Source: Candidatus Brockarchaeota archaeon
GTDB taxonomy: Archaea; Thermoproteota; EX4484-205; JAAOZP01
Length of the DNA: 60,033 nt
Direction: 5' to 3'
Assembly (NCBI GenBank): GCA_017601245.1
Contig: JAFNJB010000049.1
Coordinates: 1-60,033, forward strand
Each line of letters begins with the position of its first letter. Positions within the stretch are counted from its first letter, which is position 1. Under the pieces are notes generated by a model. That model did no database searches. It saw only the letters and a program-made list of their open reading frames with translations, and was not told the DNA's origin. Below, one piece after another: positions 48,205 through 56,509 of this stretch. Made by a program: the position numbers and the translations under genes.

Positions 48205-49201
48205 AATTGTTTAAAACATTTAGGACCATACTACCAACATCATTAATGTTTTTACATTCTACGATACTCATGTTCGGCAACACCCTGTAATAGTCGAATA
48301 AAGTCCTAGCCTTATCCGTGAGACCCGGTATGAAAACCATTACTCTTCTAGAAGCATTTACATCCAATGCTTTAAAAATGAGGGAGAGCGCGGAGTCGTC
48401 TATGGGCTTATCATTAACAAGAACGTCAACAATTATGACATCGCCACCATTACCGCCTGAAGCAAATAGAGTAAAAGTATGTTCTACACCAGACTTCCCC
48501 CTTATCTTAGCGGGAGTTCTAACCATTAGCCCTCTAGACTTTAATGCTTCCACTACAGGATTGAGATCAATGATAAATTTCCCTATGAAATCTTTCTTCT
48601 TGGGATTAAGCGTGTAAGAATATAACTCTCTTGAAATGCTCTCATCCTCATAAAAAACATGCTTCTCTCTTAAGCAAGCGTATTTTTTCCTAGGCTCTCC
48701 TGTAAACTCTTTGCAAGATACGCATTTATACATCACACCTGGTTTCCTATAGTCTATTCCTAGGGCTCTCATTCTTTTTCTGCATTTTGGACAAATCATG
48801 TTTCTAATGTTTTCTTCAAAATCCACGTGTCCACATTCTAAGTGTTCAATAGTAGTACCGATTTTCAATTTAGTAGAACCGCAATGTGGACAAACGAGTT
48901 GGATTACAAACCTGTTATCACCACAATATGGGCAGACAATACTTACGACAGATACGTGGTAAAATAGGATTTCTTCTCCCGCCAGTGCTTCTAGGATTTC
49001 CCTTGTTACGCGGGTTGAGGTTCCCATTATCTTCTCTGCTTCAGGATATGTGAAGTCACCGTTTTGGCCTATAACAGGCTTTAAAACACTTATAGAGCCA
49101 TTCATGAAAGCCTTGAGTAGAGCCTGAACATCACTCCTATTCAATAAACGTATAGAAGGTATTTTCTCATTTTCTAATACTTCCATATTACTCAACTCCA
49201 C
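48176..49201 (-). CDS. TackOD1-like multi-Zn-finger protein with C-terminal restriction-endonuclease-like domain (paralog 1)
   Basis: YPEAE..., CPYC, CPHC, HLECGH, CPKC, LGIDY, CVSC; C-terminal IRGKSGVEHTF...DV. Confidence 0.7.
   Translation of the reverse strand: MELSNMEVLENEKIPSIRLLNRSDVQALLKAFMNGSISVLKPVIGQNGDFTYPEAEKIMGTSTRVTREILEALAGEEILFYHVSVVSIVCPYCGDNRFVIQLVCPHCGSTKLKIGTTIEHLECGHVDFEENIRNMICPKCRKRMRALGIDYRKPGVMYKCVSCKEFTGEPRKKYACLREKHVFYEDESISRELYSYTLNPKKKDFIGKFIIDLNPVVEALKSRGLMVRTPAKIRGKSGVEHTFTLFASGGNGGDVIIVDVLVNDKPIDDSALSLIFKALDVNASRRVMVFIPGLTDKARTLFDYYRVLPNMSIVECKNINDVGSMVLNVLNNFVEVRPRTI
48965..49147. repeat. 183-bp direct repeat, copy 1
   Basis: Identical by eye to 50030-50212 (offset 1065); exactly 61 codons, LLNRSDV...AGEEIL. 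Confidence 0.9.
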
Positions 49202-49244
49202 GCTCTCCCTCGTAGTATAGATATTCTTCTTTGAAAATAAGATT

Positions 49245-49296
49245 TTGTCTGTAAACGGCGTATCTCACTCAAATATACGATAACAATTGTCTGTAA
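49245..49296 (-). promoter_or_regulatory. TTACAGACAA motif x2 upstream of paralog 1
   Basis: ttgtctgtaa at 49245-49254 and 49287-49296 (42 bp apart); the proximal copy is 4 nt upstream of a TTATT box. Confidence 0.55.
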
Positions 49297-49366
49297 AAAA
49301 TTGAATTATTAAACCATTTTTAATAAAGAATAATGTCTTATGAATAATAAACAACCTGTATTTTTT

Positions 49367-50257
49367 CTAAATTTGCACCGTCTTGAGTCTGATCTTAGCT
49401 AGGCTAGCAAGTATCTCGAACAGGGCACTGTTTATCTGGCTGACATTCTGACACTCTAAAACGTGAACGTTGAAAGTATTATAATAATCGAATAGAGCCC
49501 TCGCCTTATCCGTGAGACCCGGTACTACTAGGAGCAGCTTCTTAGCTGCATTAACATCCATAGCCTTTAGAACTATCGAAAGGGCTGATTCATCAACAAG
49601 CATATCGCTCACTATAATGTCGACGACAGCATCTACACTTTCCTTCAAATCCCCCTTGTAAGATACTGCTAGGCTAAACGTGTGTTCAACACCCGACTTA
49701 CCCTTTATCTTAGCTGGCGACTCTACCTTCCAGCCCTTAGATCTGAGGGCCTCTATCACCGGGGTGATATCAAGAAGCCATTTTCCCAAAAGCTCTTTCT
49801 TATTCTGGTTAAACTTATACGAATATATCTTTCTTGAAACACCCTCATTCTCATAGAAGGTGTGACGGCCGCTTAAACAAATCAGCCTCTTCCCAAGGAG
49901 GCCACTAACAATATTCTCAATTGCCTTAGACCTTGAGGAAGAAGGAGAATAAGTATCAGCCAGTTCCACCATGAACCTGTTACAGCCACAGTATGGACAG
50001 GCCAGTATAGCAGTAGCTATTTCCCTTACTAGGATTTCTTCTCCCGCCAGTGCTTCTAGGATTTCCCTTGTTACGCGGGTTGAGGTTCCCATTATCTTCT
50101 CTGCTTCAGGATATGTGAAGTCACCGTTTTGGCCTATAACAGGCTTTAAAACACTTATAGAGCCATTCATGAAAGCCTTGAGTAGAGCCTGAACATCACT
50201 CCTATTCAATAATGCAGATACATTCGACTTTTCCACTGGAGTAATCTCCACTCCCAT
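49367..50257 (-). CDS. TackOD1-like paralog 2 with most Zn fingers deleted
   Basis: Same N-terminal block and C-terminal KGKSGVEHTF...VPGLTDKAR; only CPYC and C....H remain. Confidence 0.7.
   Translation of the reverse strand: MGVEITPVEKSNVSALLNRSDVQALLKAFMNGSISVLKPVIGQNGDFTYPEAEKIMGTSTRVTREILEALAGEEILVREIATAILACPYCGCNRFMVELADTYSPSSSRSKAIENIVSGLLGKRLICLSGRHTFYENEGVSRKIYSYKFNQNKKELLGKWLLDITPVIEALRSKGWKVESPAKIKGKSGVEHTFSLAVSYKGDLKESVDAVVDIIVSDMLVDESALSIVLKAMDVNAAKKLLLVVPGLTDKARALFDYYNTFNVHVLECQNVSQINSALFEILASLAKIRLKTVQI
50030..50212. repeat. 183-bp direct repeat, copy 2
   Basis: Identical by eye to 48965-49147. Confidence 0.9.
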
Positions 50258-50305
50258 ACCCCCTCTTCCTCTGGTATACTATACCCCCAGTCTTATAATA
50301 AGAGT

Positions 50306-50315
50306 TTGTCTGTAA
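50306..50315 (-). promoter_or_regulatory. TTACAGACAA motif upstream of paralog 2
   Basis: Minus strand reads TTACAGACAA-actc-TTATTATA, versus TTACAGACAA-aatc-TTATTTTC at paralog 1. Confidence 0.55.
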
Positions 50316-50437
50316 GAAATAAACATTCCCTTATGACGATAATTCAATGAATTGTTAGACTATATACATACAGAGCTTTTAGAAAAGACTATTTTGAAAA
50401 GCATATATTCCGAGATTAGACACAACCTATCGATAGT

Positions 50438-51025
50438 ATGAGAGTTAAGACTTCTAAAAAGGCGATAAGAGCATTGGGGATAGCTGAGAGCTTCAAGAGG
50501 AGTTTTGAGAAGGCTATTTTGGCAGGCGTAGTGATGCGTAGCGACTTTTTAATAGATGGTTTTTCATTTGCCAAAACAACCATCACTGGAGACGATGCTA
50601 CCGATTCTGTAATCCTTCTCTATAAGTCGTTAAAGAGAGAAGATGTGAATCTAATAATGGTCAGCGGAGTCGTCATAAGCATGTATAACATAGTTGACGT
50701 AAACAGGATCTTCCAAGAAACAGGTAAGCCAGTATTGGCAGTAACCTATAGGTCTTCAATGGGGATTGAAGAAGCCATTAAGAAGCATTTCCCAGACAAT
50801 TGGGAGAGAAAACTCGAAGCATACAGGAGGCTTGGGCCCAGGAAGGAAATAAGATTGAAAACAGGCTTCAAGATATTTGTGAGAAATGTTGGGATAGATG
50901 ATTTCGACTCCAAGATAATTCTCAATAAATTCACAGTCTTCGGTAAAATCCCCGAGCCTATTCGAGTAGCCAGATTGCTTGCAAGAAGCATCATGAATAG
51001 AGAAGACTTCGAGTTAATCAAATAA
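50438..51025 (+). CDS. DUF99 / endonuclease V-like (endonuclease dU) protein
   Basis: LGIAESF, GVVMR.D..IDG, DG/DAT, G.....YN.VD, PEP.R.A.L.A. Confidence 0.85.
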   Translation: MRVKTSKKAIRALGIAESFKRSFEKAILAGVVMRSDFLIDGFSFAKTTITGDDATDSVILLYKSLKREDVNLIMVSGVVISMYNIVDVNRIFQETGKPVLAVTYRSSMGIEEAIKKHFPDNWERKLEAYRRLGPRKEIRLKTGFKIFVRNVGIDDFDSKIILNKFTVFGKIPEPIRVARLLARSIMNREDFELIK

Positions 51026-51922
51026 TTCAGTACTCAAATACCTCTCTCCGCCGTCAGGCAATATTGCAACAATAGTCTTATCGTGCCCAATTTCCCTAGC
51101 CTTCTCGAGTGCAACCATCATTATTGCCCCAGAGCTCATTCCTATCAATAACCCTTCTTTCCTAGCTGCTTCACGAGCCACTTGGAAGGCTCTTCTCTTA
51201 CCCTCTTCATCTATCTCAACAATCTCGTCGAAACACTCTTTTCTAAATAGCATCGTGGGATAGGGTTCTTTCGGATTCCTAAGACCCTGTATGCTAACCC
51301 CTAGCCTAGTTGTAACCCCAATTATCTTTATTTTGGAGTTAAACTCTTTAAGCCTCATTGAAACACCCACACCAGTACCTGCTGTACCTATTCCGACAAC
51401 AACCATGTCAACCATACCATTTGTTTGTTCAAGTATCTCTCTAGCAGTAGTCTGGTAGTGTGCAAGAATATTAACAGGATCCTTAAACTGATCCAGGTCA
51501 ACGTACTTTTCAGGATTCTCTTTCAAAAGCTTCTGTTTCAACTCTATGGCTCCACCAGTACCTTTTTCCCCTGGGGATAATATAAGGTCAGCACCGTATG
51601 CTTTTATTATCCGACGTCTCTCAATACTTACCGACTCAGGCATGATGATAGTGATCTTGTAGCCTTTTACCGCAGCCAGCATCGCTAGAGCTATGCCAGT
51701 ATTTCCGGATGTTGCCTCTAGTATGACCTTGTCCCTATTCAGCCTACCAGAGGCCTCGGCATATTCCATTAAGTAGAGAGCCATCCTATCCTTAACTGAT
51801 CCACCTATGTTATACCATTCTAACTTAGCATATACTACGGCATTATCTGGACCAGTAAGTCGGTTTATCTTAACCATCGGTGTCCTACCTATCAGTTCAG
51901 TTATATCGTTTGCAACAATCAT
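51014..51922 (-). CDS. cysK: Cysteine synthase (O-acetylserine sulfhydrylase family)
   Basis: IG.TP, KLE..N.GGSVKDR, EATSGNTG, GIGTAGT, G.SSG, PDGGERYLST. Confidence 0.93.
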   Translation of the reverse strand: MIVANDITELIGRTPMVKINRLTGPDNAVVYAKLEWYNIGGSVKDRMALYLMEYAEASGRLNRDKVILEATSGNTGIALAMLAAVKGYKITIIMPESVSIERRRIIKAYGADLILSPGEKGTGGAIELKQKLLKENPEKYVDLDQFKDPVNILAHYQTTAREILEQTNGMVDMVVVGIGTAGTGVGVSMRLKEFNSKIKIIGVTTRLGVSIQGLRNPKEPYPTMLFRKECFDEIVEIDEEGKRRAFQVAREAARKEGLLIGMSSGAIMMVALEKAREIGHDKTIVAILPDGGERYLSTELFD

Positions 51923-52109
51923 CTACAACCATCACCGCTATAAGTTAGTCTTTGAACCCTGGGTGTGAATACCCCGTAGAGGCTTTTCCATTTTCTGAAA
52001 GCCATCATAATGACCATTGTGAATATAAACCAGTTATATTAATCTTTCCATTCAAACCATGCTATTAGAAGCAAAAAATATAAAAAACAGAGTTTTTGAA
52101 AAATGCTCG

Positions 52110-52409
52110 ATGACCCAGGCTCTGCTCCAAGGAGTGATCCGAGGACCAAGGCTTGGGATGAGAAGCGTTAGGAAACACCAGTATCTCGCAAGGTTTGACG
52201 GAGTCTCTAGTAGGGAAGAGGCAGCTAGGCTGTTAATGGGTAAGAAAGTAGCTTGCATGATAAGCAGAAAGAGGAAGATAATTGGAAGAGTAATCGGCCT
52301 CCACGGTAATAATGGAGTAGTGAGAATAAGGTTTAGGAAAGGTCTCCCAGAGCCGTCTAACGGTCTTCCTGTTGTAGTTCTCCCTCAGAGAAACGTTAAA
52401 CAGTCCTGA
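52110..52409 (+). CDS. rpl35ae: 50S ribosomal protein L35Ae
   Basis: GV.SREEA..L.G..V, G.V...HG..G.VR.RF..GLP; start at ATG 52110. Confidence 0.85.
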   Translation: MTQALLQGVIRGPRLGMRSVRKHQYLARFDGVSSREEAARLLMGKKVACMISRKRKIIGRVIGLHGNNGVVRIRFRKGLPEPSNGLPVVVLPQRNVKQS

Positions 52410-52461
52410 GATTCAAGAACTTTACTAAATATTCAAAACAGTATTCTATTCCCAGGGCTTT

Positions 52462-53133
52462 TCAATAACTCATTCTACCTTTAACCATAGTTATGTTGAG
52501 AAGGTTTTCAACAATGGAAGCGTAAAACTCAGGGTCTACTTCTGAAACAACATCACTGGCAACATCGATTACGTAAACAGTGTGAAGCCTGGCATTCTTA
52601 ACTTCATCCATGCTTACTGGAGGATTCTTATAATACAAGTCGCAAAGCCTCTTAACCTCCTCAATTTCTCCAATGGTCCTAAACCTTGGAGGCTTCGCCA
52701 AAACCGGCGGTATTTGAAGAATATAGTAGGGAGGAATGCCAAGGCCGAACTTATCCACCTTCACGCTATACCTAGTTATCTTACTGGCAACCCTAGCCCT
52801 ACAATACTGTTCAGGATCTAGAGCGTTATCGGGCGGTACAAAGCCCGTTTCCACTTCTACAGCAAGCGTGCCGTCGCCTCTTACTGCATATATGTCACAT
52901 ACAAGCCCCCCGCCAAGGTCATGCTCCACATCGACATCATATCCCTTAAGCATCAAATGCTTAGCGCATACAAGCTCCATAACGGAATGGTTTATTTTCA
53001 CCAAGCCTTTCCGGCTTAGCTCTACTAGCCTATCCCTCAGCCTTTCAAGCCCCTCCCTAATCCTAGGGGGGACGTTAACCCCTATTCTATCAACCAGGCT
53101 TTCAACATCCTCCTTAAACTTGTTGTTCGGCAA
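52462..53133 (-). CDS. Conserved hypothetical protein, PD-(D/E)xK nuclease-like fold
   Basis: NHSVMEL.CA..L...GY.V.VE, CD.YA, AVEVETG, KI.RYS, YY.NPP. Confidence 0.7.
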   Translation of the reverse strand: MPNNKFKEDVESLVDRIGVNVPPRIREGLERLRDRLVELSRKGLVKINHSVMELVCAKHLMLKGYDVDVEHDLGGGLVCDIYAVRGDGTLAVEVETGFVPPDNALDPEQYCRARVASKITRYSVKVDKFGLGIPPYYILQIPPVLAKPPRFRTIGEIEEVKRLCDLYYKNPPVSMDEVKNARLHTVYVIDVASDVVSEVDPEFYASIVENLLNITMVKGRMSY

Positions 53134-53226
53134 GCATTATTGAAACATCTTCATATGGTTATAAAATATTCGGTTTTTAAAGATTAAAATTTTATAGCAA
53201 AAACTACAAGAACATGTCCAAAATCC

Positions 53227-53234
53227 TTTTTATA
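53227..53234 (+). promoter_or_regulatory. TATA box (TTTTTATA) of the putative ncRNA
   Basis: Ends 23 nt before the first paired base (53257); an A-rich BRE-like stretch lies upstream. Confidence 0.55.
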
Positions 53235-53256
53235 GCTTATCGAATAATAATTTCCT

Positions 53257-53424
53257 GCCCGGTGCGGGGAAGTAGGCTTGGGCGAGTGCGGCTGTTAACC
53301 AGCCCGGTTACAGCCTTCAACCAAGCCGCTGGGAGATAACATCAAACAGCAGCTTGGCTGGAGGAATGTAATCGGGAAATGGCTAACAGTCGTGTTCGTT
53401 CAGGCTTAGACCCTTAAACCGGGC
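53257..53424 (+). ncRNA. Putative ~168-nt structured non-coding RNA, family unassigned
   Basis: Terminal helix GCCCGGT/ACCGGGC; 17-bp helix 53273-53289/53392-53408 with 7 G.U pairs; two internal hairpins; upstream TATA; TTTT at 53425-53428; GC-rich within AT-rich flanks. Confidence 0.7.
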
Positions 53425-53453
53425 TTTTCCCAAATAATCCCATTAATGTTCTT

Positions 53454-54269
53454 TTAGAACGGTGATATTCCTCTAGGCAGCTCCATTATCTCATCGTATC
53501 TAAAGACTGGCCCGTCTACGCATACGTGTTTACCGCCGAAATGACAGTGGCCGCATTTACCTATTCCACACCTCATCTTGCTTTCTAAGGAGGCGTAAAT
53601 ATTTTCCTCCGAATATCCTAATTCCACTAGTTTTTTCAAAACGAATTTTATCATTACGGGCGGGCCGCATGTGCATACTATTGTCTCAGCCTTATTCAGA
53701 TTAGGCTTGTCTAAGATAGTTGTCACCACTCCGACGTTGCCTTTCCAATCGCCTTCGCCAACGTCGACAGTCAAGTAGAGTTCAACACCTCGCTCCATCC
53801 ATTCTCCAAACTCATCTCTATACATGAGGAGTGAGGGGGATCTGGCTCCGTAGCATACAGCTATCCTCCCATACTTATTGCTGTTTTCAAGAAGGTGGAG
53901 GAGAAGGGGCCTTAGGGGTGCGAATCCTATCCCGCCTCCGACAAGCAGGATGTCCCTCTTTCTCATTTCCCCGAGGGGCCAGCCCCTGCCGTATGGTCCT
54001 CTAACGCCGATTTCATCCCCAGGGGAGGCCTCATGTATAGCTGTTGTAACGCTACCCATCTTCCTAATGCTGAACTGCAAGTTGTTGTCTGAGGGTGTTG
54101 AACATATTGAGAACGGTGCTTCTCCGACTCCGTAGACGGTTACCATTGCAAATTGGCCCGGGATGAAATCGAAAGGCTTCGGACCTATTGTTATAGTCTT
54201 AGTATCTGGGGTCTCCTCTTTGATTCTGACTATTTTCACCGGCTTTGGAACATAGGGACTCAACCCCAT
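53454..54269 (-). CDS. FAD/NAD-binding [2Fe-2S] oxidoreductase (FlxA/HydG/AsrB-like)
   Basis: PGQF, GEAPFSI, GVRGPYG, GGGIG.AP, CGPP.M, M.CG.G.CGHC, C.DGPVF; GGAGG before ATG 54269. Confidence 0.9.
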   Translation of the reverse strand: MGLSPYVPKPVKIVRIKEETPDTKTITIGPKPFDFIPGQFAMVTVYGVGEAPFSICSTPSDNNLQFSIRKMGSVTTAIHEASPGDEIGVRGPYGRGWPLGEMRKRDILLVGGGIGFAPLRPLLLHLLENSNKYGRIAVCYGARSPSLLMYRDEFGEWMERGVELYLTVDVGEGDWKGNVGVVTTILDKPNLNKAETIVCTCGPPVMIKFVLKKLVELGYSEENIYASLESKMRCGIGKCGHCHFGGKHVCVDGPVFRYDEIMELPRGISPF

Positions 54270-55273
54270 TTCTTCAACACCTCCCTTATGTCTATTCCGG
54301 CTGGACATAGTGAGACGCATCTCCCGCAGCCCACGCATCCGTAAGCGTTGAAGGCGAGGGGTATTCTGCTGAGCTTATGGCAGAACCTGTGGCAGAGCCT
54401 ATCAGCCTTCGTAACCCTGGGGTCTAGGCCGCTCGCCATCCTGGTGAACAATGGGGAAATACAAGTGTCCCAGCCTCTAAACCTTACGTACGAGTCTTTC
54501 TCCAAACAGTCTTCTGTTTCAAAACAGTAGCAGAGGGGGCAGGCGAATGAGCATAGGGAGCATTCTATGCACCTCTGAGCGTTCAATTGGAAAAACTCTT
54601 CTCCAGCCTCTTTCTCAATTCTAATAAGCCTTGTTTTATCGACTTTAAGTCTGCGATTCATTTCATCAAGCACTTTACTAATCAGCCTACTGTATTCCTC
54701 CAGCATTTCTCCATCTGCTTTCCTAAACAGCTTTCCGAATTCTTCTATTACCGAAACACCCCTTGGGGTCCTTGCCTCCACTATAAACCCACTCCTCGTA
54801 GGGGTGAATGTCAAGTCTTCACCCATCCCTCTTATCGGACCTGTCTCGAAAACATTACAGAAGCATTCTGCCATAGGCTTGGTGCATGAAAGGCTTATTA
54901 CAATCGCGTTTTTCCTCCTATTCTCGTAGGAAGCATCTTTGTAGGGAGGGCTTAGTAGGATATTATCTAGGACGCTTAGCGCAGAAGCGTCGCAAGGCCT
55001 TATCCCAAAGAGTACGAAGCTGGAATATTCCTTCGGCTCTTCAGTAAACCCCTTCCTAGGATAATGTTTGAAGACAAGTTGTCTTTGCGGTAGGAAAAAG
55101 CGTTTCGGAGACAATCTTGTATTAGTATAGTTGAGATTAATAACATCTGGATTCTTCAATACGTCGAATTCGAAATAGCCGTCCCGCTCAAATGGAGCGA
55201 TTAAAACATGTTTTAAAGAAAGCTCTCTTAAAAATACCTTCAGACTTTCCTCTGTTATTGAGAACATTCTCAA
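54260..55273 (-). CDS. 4Fe-4S protein (FlxB/HydB/AsrA-like)
   Basis: SPK.FF.P, FGIRPCD, C.....CFC, CIECSLC...CP.CYCF, R.WD.C, CVGCGRC...CP..ID. Confidence 0.88.
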   Translation of the reverse strand: MRMFSITEESLKVFLRELSLKHVLIAPFERDGYFEFDVLKNPDVINLNYTNTRLSPKRFFLPQRQLVFKHYPRKGFTEEPKEYSSFVLFGIRPCDASALSVLDNILLSPPYKDASYENRRKNAIVISLSCTKPMAECFCNVFETGPIRGMGEDLTFTPTRSGFIVEARTPRGVSVIEEFGKLFRKADGEMLEEYSRLISKVLDEMNRRLKVDKTRLIRIEKEAGEEFFQLNAQRCIECSLCSFACPLCYCFETEDCLEKDSYVRFRGWDTCISPLFTRMASGLDPRVTKADRLCHRFCHKLSRIPLAFNAYGCVGCGRCVSLCPAGIDIREVLKKWG

Positions 55274-56094
55274 GGCTTCTCACCCTCCTTAAAGACAAGT
55301 GGAGGAGGAGCCTGTTCTAAGTTCAAGCCTGGAACATAGCCATAGTTTTCCCTAAACCATTCGTTAAGCTCATGGTATAGTCTTGTGAGGGGGATTTCAA
55401 CAGGACAGGAAGATTCGCAGGCTCCGCATTCTACACAACGGCCAGCCATGTGAATCGCTCTAATAAGGTGGAATGTGAAAAGCTCCACTGGGTCGACAAG
55501 CCTATGGACTAGAGCGGGTTTGAAACCCTCTATTGAGCATTCAGTACAGTAACAGAAGGGACAGGACCTTACGCAAGCCATACACCTTAAGCACTTCCTG
55601 AAGAGGCTCAACCAGTCCAAATCTTCTACATCGCCCTTTGGAATTTTCTCCTCCAGAGCCTTCTCATCGGATTTAATAAGATAATCTTTGATGGGAGAAA
55701 CCCTGACTTCGCATTTCTCACAATACTCAGCCATTTGCCTTCTCGTCTTCGAAGAGCCGTATTTCACGGGCTTGTAGACACCGTTGCACTCAACAGCTAT
55801 GATGAAGATATTCTTCCTATCCAACTGGTTCTCCTTAATAAGCTCTACAATAGCCCTACCGTCACAGCCCTTCGCAACAATCCCCACCTTCTTTTCTTTA
55901 AAACCTCTCAAATACCTTACTAGGCTAAGCCTGCAATCAGGATTCCAGACGAGCTTCTCCACTTCACCCGGCTCCTTTATAAAACATGGCCTAACTCCTG
56001 CTTCAGAATCCTCATAGCCTATTACGAGGTCAACAACCTTCCTTTCAAGTAGGTTTCTCGCAAGCTTTCTGAGCTCTATTTCAGGGCTGCTCAA
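55270..56094 (-). CDS. 4Fe-4S protein with FrhB/FdhB-like N-terminus (FlxC/D-like)
   Basis: C...L..YL, KGCD.R, CL.CMAC...CP.CYC..C, H.AGRCV.CG.CE..CP. Confidence 0.85.
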   Translation of the reverse strand: MSSPEIELRKLARNLLERKVVDLVIGYEDSEAGVRPCFIKEPGEVEKLVWNPDCRLSLVRYLRGFKEKKVGIVAKGCDGRAIVELIKENQLDRKNIFIIAVECNGVYKPVKYGSSKTRRQMAEYCEKCEVRVSPIKDYLIKSDEKALEEKIPKGDVEDLDWLSLFRKCLRCMACVRSCPFCYCTECSIEGFKPALVHRLVDPVELFTFHLIRAIHMAGRCVECGACESSCPVEIPLTRLYHELNEWFRENYGYVPGLNLEQAPPPLVFKEGEKP

Positions 56095-56509
56095 GCATTC
56101 TCCCCCTCAGGTTTAACGGCCCGAGTCTCTCAGTCTCTTCAACAATCCTCGAAACTTCGTTTGCAAAAACACCTCCTTCGTTAGACGAGATCCAGAGTAT
56201 TCTAACCCTTTCTTCTTCAACCCCAACTGTCTTCAAAAGTCTTCTAAGAAGACTTACCCTGGCTTCTGTTATCCTACTGGGCGCTATCTTCCTAAGCTCA
56301 ACTGGCTTGCAGGCCGTGAGTAGAACTGCATCAGCACCCTCTTCAAGGGCTTTGACTACAATGCTGGGGTTCACGATGGCTGAGCATGGAACCCTTACAG
56401 TTAGCACGTTAGCGGGATACTTGAAGCCTTCGAAGCCAGCCTGGTCTACGCCTGAGCTTGAACACCAGCATGTGAAAGCTATTATCTTAGGCTTCCAGGC
56501 CACCATCAA
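56081..56509 (-). CDS. mvhD: MvhD/FlxD-type [2Fe-2S] protein
   Basis: WKPKI.AF.C, .RVPCS, GAD.V...C, G.E.ERV...W.S..E. Confidence 0.8.
   Translation of the reverse strand: MMVAWKPKIIAFTCWCSSSGVDQAGFEGFKYPANVLTVRVPCSAIVNPSIVVKALEEGADAVLLTACKPVELRKIAPSRITEARVSLLRRLLKTVGVEEERVRILWISSNEGGVFANEVSRIVEETERLGPLNLRGRMLEQP

Noticed and set aside
48965-50212. 183-bp direct repeats as IS ends or CRISPR
   Set aside because: They are in-frame parts of two paralogous CDSs; there is no transposase, no inverted termini and no spacer array.
51961-52003. Two small hairpins upstream of cysK as a riboswitch
   Set aside because: Only 5-7 bp stems, no SAM or other aptamer motif, and the G.U pairs favour the strand opposite to cysK.
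53257-53424. Calling the structured RNA SRP RNA, RNase P RNA (including short type T) or 5S rRNA
   Set aside because: No SRP helix-8 CAGG..GNRA..AGCA motif, no GGAAAGUCC/GGAAACUCC P4 strand, no 5S loop-C CGAAC on the G.U-supported strand, and the length fits none. Left unassigned pending an Rfam search.
53454-55273. Labelling these genes sulfhydrogenase beta/gamma or anaerobic sulfite reductase
   Set aside because: No hydA/hydD or asrC in the operon; the hdrCBA-mvhD context fits Flx better.
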